Below the pieces are notes generated by a model, which did no database searches, was not told where the DNA came from, and saw only the letters and a list, made by a program, of their open reading frames with translations. A stretch of 32,000 nt of DNA from an archaeon (lineage in GTDB: Archaea; Iainarchaeota; Iainarchaeia; Iainarchaeales; CSSED10-239). The stretch covers positions 1 through 32,000 of the forward strand of contig DAOOUC010000005.1 in NCBI GenBank assembly GCA_035390665.1, read 5' to 3'. Of the stretch, positions 1 to 7,540 are shown piece by piece. Every line of letters begins with the position of its first letter. Positions within the stretch are counted from its first letter, which is position 1. A program made the position numbers and the translations under genes.

Positions 1-79
1 ATCTTTAATTTCATAAATACTTTTAGTATAAATACATTTTTAATAGTAACTAAATCAATTAACTTGAATGAATTAGGTG

Positions 80-502
80 CTATTCCACATCATATTGAAA
101 AGTAGCGGTTGTACTTGGATCATATCCTGTTTTGTATGTTTTTGCTTTTAATGTTAAATCTTGTGTTATGGTTATTGGGGAATTATAAATTGAACTGCTT
201 TCGGTTGGTTCACTCTCATCTAAAGTATACCTTATTATCCCGCCACTTACTATTGTACGTAGAACAATTTCTGTTCCAGAAGTAACTGTGCCACTTGGAT
301 AAGAAGAAAGTGGTGGATAAATTACATAATTTTTATTTAACTCATCTTTAAATATTTTATTTGATTCTATATTTAATTCTGTATTATCTACGGATTTTGG
401 TTTTATTGAAGAAAAATAAAAAGCGCCTACAATAATTGCACCAATTACAAATATTCCAAAAATTATTAACCCTTCTAATGATGCTTGTCCTTTAGATTTC
501 AT
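80..502 (-). CDS. Class III signal peptide pilin-like surface protein with chitobiase/hexosaminidase C-terminal-like (CHB_HEX_C-type) beta domain
   Basis: N-terminus MKSKG|QASLEGLIIFGIFVIGAIIVG resembles archaeal KGQxSxE prepilin signal; C-terminal region has the 'G..xYTLDxSEPTxSSxIYxxPITITxxxTLKAKxY' pattern. Confidence 0.7.
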   Translation of the reverse strand: MKSKGQASLEGLIIFGIFVIGAIIVGAFYFSSIKPKSVDNTELNIESNKIFKDELNKNYVIYPPLSSYPSGTVTSGTEIVLRTIVSGGIIRYTLDESEPTESSSIYNSPITITQDLTLKAKTYKTGYDPSTTATFQYDVE

Positions 503-504
503 AA

Positions 505-957
505 TTATTCAGAAATGGTGTATGTTCTTTCTTGTATATTACCATAAATGCTGTTTACACAAGCAATAACTTTAATTGTTGTGGTGCTAGTTATTTCTAT
601 TGGTGTAGTATACAAAGAAGAAGTACAAGTTGGATTATTTCCATTAGTTGTATAATGCATTTTTACATCAGAACAACTGCCTGTGTAATTTAAAGATATC
701 AATTGAGAAGTAGAATAAGTTCCTCCTGTTGGAGAAAAACTAATTGAATTTAATTGACTAGTAGTACAATTTATATTTGTTTTTTCAAATGCTCTAGATC
801 CATCAAAATCAGTAGATTTTGCTTTTTTTATATTCGTGGTTATTGTTGAAATATAATAGGTTCCTGCAACAAGTGCGCCAATTGTTAAAACCGCCATAAT
901 AATTAGAACTTCTATAGACATCTGCCCTTTTTCTTTCGTATATAACCCTTTTAACAT
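505..957 (-). CDS. Class III signal peptide pilin-like surface protein with CHB_HEX_C-like domain (paralogue of the adjacent ORF)
   Basis: MLKGLYTKEKG|QMSIEVLIIMAVLTIGALVAG prepilin-like signal; 'MHYTTNGNNPTCTSSLYTTPIEITSTTTIKVIAC' beta-domain pattern. Confidence 0.7.
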   Translation of the reverse strand: MLKGLYTKEKGQMSIEVLIIMAVLTIGALVAGTYYISTITTNIKKAKSTDFDGSRAFEKTNINCTTSQLNSISFSPTGGTYSTSQLISLNYTGSCSDVKMHYTTNGNNPTCTSSLYTTPIEITSTTTIKVIACVNSIYGNIQERTYTISE

Positions 958-991
958 TAAAATTACCTTCTACTCTTTTGATACAATATCT

Positions 992-1013
992 AATATTATA
1001 CCTGTATAATATT
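992..1013. promoter_or_regulatory. Perfect inverted repeat AATATTATAC-CT-GTATAATATT, candidate transcription factor operator
   Basis: 10-bp arms with 2-nt spacer directly downstream (minus strand) of TTTTTTAAAT TATA-like sequence and ~35 nt upstream of the 957 start codon. Confidence 0.5.
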
Positions 1014-1050
1014 TAAAAAAGAATAGTATAAAATATAAAAGAAAAAGAAA

Positions 1051-3981
1051 TTATTTTCTTCTGAAAATAATTATTAGTACAATTAAAACAATTAAACCTA
1101 AAACAATTAAGCCCATGTTTCCTAAAGTCAAGAAACCTGTTATTGCTGAAGAATTACTTTTTAAGATTATTTTCTCTTTAGCTAAAACTTCTTCAGTTGC
1201 TTTGTCTTTTATTTTCAAATCTAATGTTTTGTTTTCTTTTAAAATAGATGGAGAAACAATTTTATATTGTTTAATTATTTTTTCTCCTGGTAAAATATTT
1301 ATTTCTTTATCTCCTTCAATTACATAAGAGTCATCCAATCCAAAATCAATAATTGTATTTTGAGTAATTGAACTATTGTTCTTTAAATTAATTTTAAGAT
1401 AATATACCTTATCTTGATTTTCAACACTAGCTGATATTGTTATTGGATCTGTTTTAGGAGATAAATCTATAGTAATTGGATACTTCTTAATTAAATTATT
1501 TCCTGAATATAATTCAATGTAACCGTTATATGCTCTTTTTTCTGCAGACTCAGGAATACTTAAAGTTAATGAAATTGATTTTCTATCGTGTGCCAAAATT
1601 TCTAAAGTTTTTGGGGTACTTGAAAATGTTTCTGGAAATCCAGATAGTTTTAATGTAACTGATTTTGAAACAGCAAAACTATTATTTACTGTTGTTGAAA
1701 TGTTTACATTTTTTGACAATGGAGTTATTAGTGTTGGATAAGAAACAATATTTATTCTCTCACTTTCTGAAATATTATTGTTAACTACTGTAAAATATCT
1801 TTTTGAAGAACAATTATTTAAAAGTACATCAAAATAAATATTTGTTGGATTATTAAAATTAGATAATTCTATTTCTTTATTAAAACTATCAAATCCATTT
1901 AACAAAATTATATTTGGCTCTATTGCTAATCCATTTCCAGAAATTAAAATCTTTCCGCCTCTTGAAGACCTATTTATGAAATTTAAATTTAAGTATTCAA
2001 TTGCATTATTCACAGAAATACTTGTTGGAACAATCAATTCAGAATCACAAACGTCATCTGAAAGATTAATTTGTTTATTATCACTTACTATAAAACCAGA
2101 AGTTGTTTTTGTAAGATCACAGGTTTTTCCATCCTCAAACTTTCCTGAAATTAACATCTCTAAACTTCCATTCCCTGTAAACCCAACACTCATTGTGTTT
2201 TGAGAATTAGAATTAACAGTTAATTGCTTATTTGTTACATTTCCTGAAAGACCATATCTGTTTTGGAATAAAACATTTGTTACATAGAATTTTTTATTAG
2301 TATTATTAAATATTTGAATATTATTATTTGTACCTGGCGTTATTATTTTATTATACACCCCTATATTACTACACAATAAATCTGAAGAATCTAATATTCC
2401 TATATTAAATTGCTTAACTCCAATTTCTGTAGTTGAACAAGTTTTACCATCTGCAAATCTTCCACTTACTGCTATTGATCCTTTTGGATTTTCAGTAGTA
2501 CTTACTGAATTTGTAATTAATTCAAAAGCGATTGCTTCTTTGTCTTTAGATAATATGCTTGAATCATAATTTACATTTCTTATTTCTGCTTTATTTGAAT
2601 TGTCATTTATTGAAAGAGAAGTAATACTAAACTGTTGATTAGAATTGTTTGCTATAAAAAAACCATTCTCTTCTGAATAGTTCTCACTTGTGTTTTCTAA
2701 TTGTTGTATATTTGTTGTATACAAGACAATGTCTTTACAACTTTGAATTGTTGAATTATTATTTGAAGAACTCGAACTACTTGTTCCTTCGTTTCTAATT
2801 GTTATAACTAAATTTTCTCTTTTTGTACATTTCTTGTCTTCTCTTCCTGATCTAACTAAATATCCTTCTATTTCTAAATCTATATTTTTTGTAGTTGTGT
2901 AATTTACGCTTTCTGTTTCAAATTCAATTTCTATATCTTCTGTAGAGTCTTCTCTTACTATTGTTGGCTCGTCTCTTATTCTAGAAGATATATATGAATC
3001 GTCATCTATTGTTATATCATCAATTTCAAAATCATAATCTTCTGATTCGTTTACTATTTTTACTGTTTTAAGTTCAAATGATTCTTCATCTAAAGTAAAT
3101 TTAGTATCATCTATAGAAATATCTGAACAACTACTTGTATTATCATTATCTTCATCATTAATATGATAATCTACTGTGTAGGTTTTTAGACACTCTTGTC
3201 CTAAACCATATTTTGCTCTTACATAAATATCAAAGCTTGAGTCTTCATCGTCACTTATTGTATCAGACTCTAAACTTAAATTTACTGTTCCAACATAATT
3301 TCCTGAAACATAGTCAGGATAATCAATATCACTTATATCTAATTCTGAAGAATCATCTGCAGTAACTGATAAAACAGTTAATTCTTCACTTGAGTCGTTT
3401 TCTATGTATAGTTTATAATTTTCTTCATCATCTTCTTCTAAATAAATATCTCTTCTACCTGATAAAAAGAAACTTGAACAAGTTGTTTGTGTTTCTTGAG
3501 AGTTATCGTTTGGATTTGTATTATCATCTACAGGATAAAAATAAGAACTTGGGGCGCCAACAGGATAAACATATGCAGAGCTTGTAGTGTAATAGTTTTG
3601 ACCTGATTGAGCATTAACCTGAATTACATATCCTTGATATTCAGGAGTTAAATAGAAAAGATTAGGATAATAATATTCTGTTGCACTACTTAAATAATAA
3701 GTTAAACTTGGAACTGAATAGAGGTAATCAAGATTACCGGAACCGTTTATTCCATATACTTGCGGAGAAACAATTACTGGAACATAAGAATATCCTGATG
3801 GAATATCTTCTGCTCTAAGTTTTAATTTCATACTTACATTATCGTAATAATTACCATATTGTATACTTAGATATTCTATTCCAGAATCTGTATTAACATA
3901 AGAATAATCTATTGTAAATGGAACAGCATAAACTCCTGCCATTACTAATAACAAACTTAATATTATCATTAACTTTTTCAT
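1051..3981 (-). CDS. Large secreted/S-layer-like surface protein, Sec signal peptide, tandem two-Cys Ig-like domains, NEW3/CARDB-like C-terminal part, C-terminal TM plus RRK tail
   Basis: Signal peptide MKKLMIILSLLLVMAGVYA; many N-x-S/T sequons; C-terminus TGFLTLGNMGLIVLGLIVLIVLIIIFRRK. Confidence 0.7.
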   Translation of the reverse strand: MKKLMIILSLLLVMAGVYAVPFTIDYSYVNTDSGIEYLSIQYGNYYDNVSMKLKLRAEDIPSGYSYVPVIVSPQVYGINGSGNLDYLYSVPSLTYYLSSATEYYYPNLFYLTPEYQGYVIQVNAQSGQNYYTTSSAYVYPVGAPSSYFYPVDDNTNPNDNSQETQTTCSSFFLSGRRDIYLEEDDEENYKLYIENDSSEELTVLSVTADDSSELDISDIDYPDYVSGNYVGTVNLSLESDTISDDEDSSFDIYVRAKYGLGQECLKTYTVDYHINDEDNDNTSSCSDISIDDTKFTLDEESFELKTVKIVNESEDYDFEIDDITIDDDSYISSRIRDEPTIVREDSTEDIEIEFETESVNYTTTKNIDLEIEGYLVRSGREDKKCTKRENLVITIRNEGTSSSSSSNNNSTIQSCKDIVLYTTNIQQLENTSENYSEENGFFIANNSNQQFSITSLSINDNSNKAEIRNVNYDSSILSKDKEAIAFELITNSVSTTENPKGSIAVSGRFADGKTCSTTEIGVKQFNIGILDSSDLLCSNIGVYNKIITPGTNNNIQIFNNTNKKFYVTNVLFQNRYGLSGNVTNKQLTVNSNSQNTMSVGFTGNGSLEMLISGKFEDGKTCDLTKTTSGFIVSDNKQINLSDDVCDSELIVPTSISVNNAIEYLNLNFINRSSRGGKILISGNGLAIEPNIILLNGFDSFNKEIELSNFNNPTNIYFDVLLNNCSSKRYFTVVNNNISESERINIVSYPTLITPLSKNVNISTTVNNSFAVSKSVTLKLSGFPETFSSTPKTLEILAHDRKSISLTLSIPESAEKRAYNGYIELYSGNNLIKKYPITIDLSPKTDPITISASVENQDKVYYLKINLKNNSSITQNTIIDFGLDDSYVIEGDKEINILPGEKIIKQYKIVSPSILKENKTLDLKIKDKATEEVLAKEKIILKSNSSAITGFLTLGNMGLIVLGLIVLIVLIIIFRRK

Positions 3982-4015
3982 AAATTTTCATTTCTCCAAA
4001 AATTATAGGGGGTTA

Positions 4016-4041
4016 AATGGCTCTTAGGGGAAAGAACCATT
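4016..4041 (-). promoter_or_regulatory. Leader hairpin upstream of the 976-aa surface protein
   Basis: Minus-strand AATGGTTC...GAGCCATT, 8 bp with one U-G pair. Confidence 0.35.
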
Positions 4042-4169
4042 AACTTTGTCTAATTAATAAATATTTATTGGAGCAAAACCTTTAAAAAGATAGTGATAGT
4101 GAAAACCTATTTGTTTTTAAATATTTCAAATATCTAATAATATAGAAATCCGCTAATTAATGAAAAAAT

Positions 4170-4556
4170 ATGAATGACGATAATTCCGGTACATCTCAAG
4201 ATATTAAGGCCTTACAATCAAGTATACTTGTTTTATCTGAAAAAATAAAATATTTAGTTCATAATGAGAAAATACTTAGTAGAAATATACTTGTTTTAAA
4301 TAAGAAAGTTGCAGCAAAAGCAGATAGTGTAGGATCCGGTAATGGACTTACAAGTGAACAAATGCAACAAATATTAACTGAGATTAAAGAAGTAAAATCT
4401 AAAATCAAATCCATTGAATCAACACTTGAAATGTTTTCTAAAAGATATGCTAAAGCAGAAGAACTTAAAGAAATGAAATACATTGTTGATAATATCAATC
4501 CATTAGAATACACTACAGTTTCACAAGTAAAGAATCTAATTAAAGAAAATAAATAA
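4170..4556 (+). CDS. Coiled-coil protein of unknown function
   Basis: 128-aa ORF, heptad-rich helical sequence, dominant ORF in the gap. Confidence 0.6.
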   Translation: MNDDNSGTSQDIKALQSSILVLSEKIKYLVHNEKILSRNILVLNKKVAAKADSVGSGNGLTSEQMQQILTEIKEVKSKIKSIESTLEMFSKRYAKAEELKEMKYIVDNINPLEYTTVSQVKNLIKENK

Positions 4557-4559
4557 TAA

Positions 4560-5393
4560 TTATTTATATCTTTGAATTATATACTCTCTAAGGATATCAT
4601 AAACATTTCCTTTCTTTGTGCCATAATGTTCTAATATCAAAGAATTAAGTTTTGCTAAAATTTCTTGTTTTTCTAAAGGAGTTGAATCTTTTAATTCTCT
4701 TTTTATTAAATCAGAAGATAATATTTCTTGTTTTAATTCTGTTTTTGCTTTATTTTCTAAGGCATAACTAGAATCTATTTTTCGGGCTATTATCTTTAAT
4801 ACTTCTTTTTTTAAATCTTCAAATTGTGCCATTGTTATTCTTTTTTCTTTTGATAACAAAGCTAATTGATAATTAATTAAATCTAGAACTTTTTGCCTTT
4901 GAGATGGATGCAAATAATCGTAATAGTCTATGTCTTCTAATATCTTCTTTATTGCAGATTCTTTTGTAAATTCTCTTTCGGTTTTGTTATTTTTTTTAAT
5001 AAATGATCTAGTATCTAATTTTATCCTTTCTAAATCAGAATATAGTTTAGATTCATCAACATTTAAATCTAATTCGTTTAACTGTTCTAAAATAAAAGAC
5101 CTAATATCTCTTTGATTTTTTTTAGTTAAATCTTGTATTCTCAATGCTGCCTCTTTATTCTTATTTGTGCTTGTTCTAGAATGCCTTTCTTCAAAAAAAG
5201 AATTTAGTTTTGCAATTATTCTTTTAACATAGTATTCTTTTACTTTCTTATTTTGTGTTTCTCTATATAAATCTTGGAAATATTTTTTTTCTTGTATTTT
5301 TCTTAAAGTCGGAATAACAGTAGTAAATATTTTTCTGTTTTTTTCTGGAAGCACGGTTATTGGATTAGGCTTGTGTATTCTTTTAGGTTTCAT
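4560..5393 (-). CDS. Uncharacterised charged helical protein, 277 aa
   Basis: Long ORF downstream of the archaeosortase-like gene, 6 nt gap; no family recognised. Confidence 0.6.
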   Translation of the reverse strand: MKPKRIHKPNPITVLPEKNRKIFTTVIPTLRKIQEKKYFQDLYRETQNKKVKEYYVKRIIAKLNSFFEERHSRTSTNKNKEAALRIQDLTKKNQRDIRSFILEQLNELDLNVDESKLYSDLERIKLDTRSFIKKNNKTEREFTKESAIKKILEDIDYYDYLHPSQRQKVLDLINYQLALLSKEKRITMAQFEDLKKEVLKIIARKIDSSYALENKAKTELKQEILSSDLIKRELKDSTPLEKQEILAKLNSLILEHYGTKKGNVYDILREYIIQRYK

Positions 5394-5399
5394 TAGTTA

Positions 5400-5951
5400 T
5401 CACTTATAAGAATATTTAAACCAGAAATAATAAAAACCAATTACAATAATTATTAAAAAAATTCTAAACAAGAAACCGTGCATAAACTCTGCAATAGCTA
5501 AACTGGAAGTAACTATTAATAATATGGTTAAAACAATTCTAAAAATATTAAAGAACACAACCACAGGAATAGTAAATAAAAAACCAATAATTCTTTTTTT
5601 TAGGTCTATTCCTTTAGATGCAAGTATTGCGCTAGCAAGTAAACAAAATTCAATAATTCCAGAACAAAGAAAACTAATAATTATTGGCTCTTTAATATTT
5701 GATACTGTTATCAAAGACAAATAATTAATATTATCAAAAATAAAAGAATTAGGAATATTAAATATTAATTTTAATATTACACTAGAAACATATCCATAAA
5801 AATAAATAATATAAGTATAAAATAAAGTAGAAAAAATCAAATAAAAAAAAGTAAAAAAAGCAATAAACAGAAACAAGAAATAAAACGCTTTCTTGTGTTC
5901 TTCTTTATTTTTTAGGTCTTTTTTTAATTGTTTAAAAAAAGTTTTTGCCAT
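5400..5951 (-). CDS. Archaeosortase/exosortase family protein
   Basis: Multi-TM protein with predicted catalytic triad spacing: C96 (FLCSG), R138 (NIFRI), H158 (MHGFLF). Confidence 0.8.
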   Translation of the reverse strand: MAKTFFKQLKKDLKNKEEHKKAFYFLFLFIAFFTFFYLIFSTLFYTYIIYFYGYVSSVILKLIFNIPNSFIFDNINYLSLITVSNIKEPIIISFLCSGIIEFCLLASAILASKGIDLKKRIIGFLFTIPVVVFFNIFRIVLTILLIVTSSLAIAEFMHGFLFRIFLIIIVIGFYYFWFKYSYK

Positions 5952-5958
5952 GAAAACC

Positions 5959-6354
5959 TTACTTTACAATAACACCTGAAACTAATCCGTCTTGTCCTGG
6001 TCTAGATGTTACTTTTACTTTTGTTTCTTTACCATTTAAATCAACCTTAAGAATTGCCCCTTTTGTTATTATCTTTTGTCTAACAAAATGTTTATTTGCT
6101 GGATTTTCTGTAACATCAAGTATTCTTCCCTTAATTGTTTTATTCCCTTCTGAAACAAGTACTGTTTGTGCATGAGAAATTTTTGTTTTTTCATTTCCAC
6201 CAACTGTTCTTGATTTAAATCTTTTATCTACTTTTGCAACAGTTGTTTTAGCAAATTTTCCACCTTTTTCACTTAAGGTTTTTGTTTTTGCATTTACTGC
6301 ATTATTTATTCCACCAGTGGATTTTCTTCTTGACACTTTTTTCCATTCAACCAT
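5959..6354 (-). CDS. rps8e: 30S ribosomal protein S8e
   Basis: SRRKSTGG, RTVGGNEK, 'ILDVTENPANKHFVRQKIITKGAILKVDLNG' match archaeal/eukaryal S8e. Confidence 0.9.
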   Translation of the reverse strand: MVEWKKVSRRKSTGGINNAVNAKTKTLSEKGGKFAKTTVAKVDKRFKSRTVGGNEKTKISHAQTVLVSEGNKTIKGRILDVTENPANKHFVRQKIITKGAILKVDLNGKETKVKVTSRPGQDGLVSGVIVK

Positions 6355-6496
6355 TTTTAATCATTCCTTTTTATTGTTTTGTTTACATAAGCCATGAAAA
6401 TAAGTAAACTTAAATATATTGTATAAATATAATAAATATAGAAAACTATTTAAAAAGAACATTTATTAGATATTTAAAATATAAACTTGATTATAT

Positions 6497-6868
6497 ATGC
6501 CTCGAAAAATTATAACCAGAAAAATCAATGGTGAAACATATGTTCTTTCAAGACAAAAAGCAAGAACAAAACCTAAGAGCATTAGTGCAAAAGAATTTTA
6601 CAAAATTTCTGGAGAATTATTGAAAGAAGGGGAAGAAGTAAATACACTCGGAGATGCATTAAATAACCCCGATGTTGTTGTTGGATTATCTAACGAAATG
6701 CATTCTAAAATTTCAGCAATACACGAGCAAAGATTATCTGAATTAAATAAAAAATTATTTGAATTGCAACAATTAGCTGCTAACGAAAACCTGCCTATAA
6801 ATGAAATTTTAGAAAAATTAAAGAAAAGAAAAATCATACCTAAAAGAAAACTAATAAGAAAAAGATAA
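6497..6868 (+). CDS. Conserved-looking basic hypothetical protein, 123 aa
   Basis: Dominant ORF with upstream AT-rich TATA-like sequence; basic termini. Confidence 0.55.
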   Translation: MPRKIITRKINGETYVLSRQKARTKPKSISAKEFYKISGELLKEGEEVNTLGDALNNPDVVVGLSNEMHSKISAIHEQRLSELNKKLFELQQLAANENLPINEILEKLKKRKIIPKRKLIRKR

Positions 6869-6869
6869 T

Positions 6870-7538
6870 TCAATCAAAATCTCTAGTGAAAAGATAGCTC
6901 ATCTTTTCTGCTTTTTTTGGGCCCATTTTTTCTACTTCTTGTAATTGTTTCTTATCTGCATTTGCAATGGTTTTAATATTTTTAAACTTTCTTAAAAGAG
7001 ATTTAGCAAGACTTGGACCAATATCAGGAAAAGACTCTAAAATAAAAAGTTGTTGATCTGAAAAAGACATTTTAGTTTTACTAAATCTGTGCTTAATTTC
7101 TGTCTTTACACCATACTGTTCTCTTTTTGCAATAACATATAAGAAAAGAGCTGTTTCTTTTTGATTTCTTGTAAAATATATTGGCACCCTATAGTTTAAA
7201 CCAATGGCAGTCAATAAACCAATCATTGATTTATTGTTTATTCTATTACTATTTTCAGAAAAATTAATAATGCCTTCAACAATTAGACAAGGTTTTTTAA
7301 CTTTAGTTGATAACTCTTCTATCTGATTAAAAATCCTACCATCAATAATAGATGCCTCTAAATCCGCAATTGTTTTTCTTTCAACTAAAACATCTTCGCT
7401 TAATTGATAATCCCCAAGAGACAATTGCTCAAGCTTTATCTCAACTTTAAAATCATCAGTAGAAAGAGATTGAAGCTCTTGAGAAATTTGACTTACTCTT
7501 TCTCGTAAATCACAAATAATATGTATTTTTGAAGACAT
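6870..7538 (-). CDS. ERCC4-domain structure-specific nuclease with C-terminal helix-hairpin-helix (Hef/XPF nuclease half)
   Basis: DLRE...GDYQLSEDVLVERKTIADLEASI (ERKxxxD nuclease motif) followed by 'FPDIGPSLAKSLLRKFKNIKTIANADKKQLQEVEKMGPKKAEKM' HhH motifs. Confidence 0.9.
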   Translation of the reverse strand: MSSKIHIICDLRERVSQISQELQSLSTDDFKVEIKLEQLSLGDYQLSEDVLVERKTIADLEASIIDGRIFNQIEELSTKVKKPCLIVEGIINFSENSNRINNKSMIGLLTAIGLNYRVPIYFTRNQKETALFLYVIAKREQYGVKTEIKHRFSKTKMSFSDQQLFILESFPDIGPSLAKSLLRKFKNIKTIANADKKQLQEVEKMGPKKAEKMSYLFTRDFD

Positions 7539-7540
7539 AA

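Noticed and set aside
1115-2203. + strand ORFs 1115-1327 and 1976-2203 opposite the surface protein gene
   Set aside because: Low-complexity antisense translations with no domain features; the minus-strand 976-aa ORF has a coherent signal peptide, repeats and TM.
3982-4169. Possible small RNA gene in the largest surface-locus intergenic region
   Set aside because: No tRNA fold, and no convincing C/D or H/ACA box set; only the leader hairpin was supportable.
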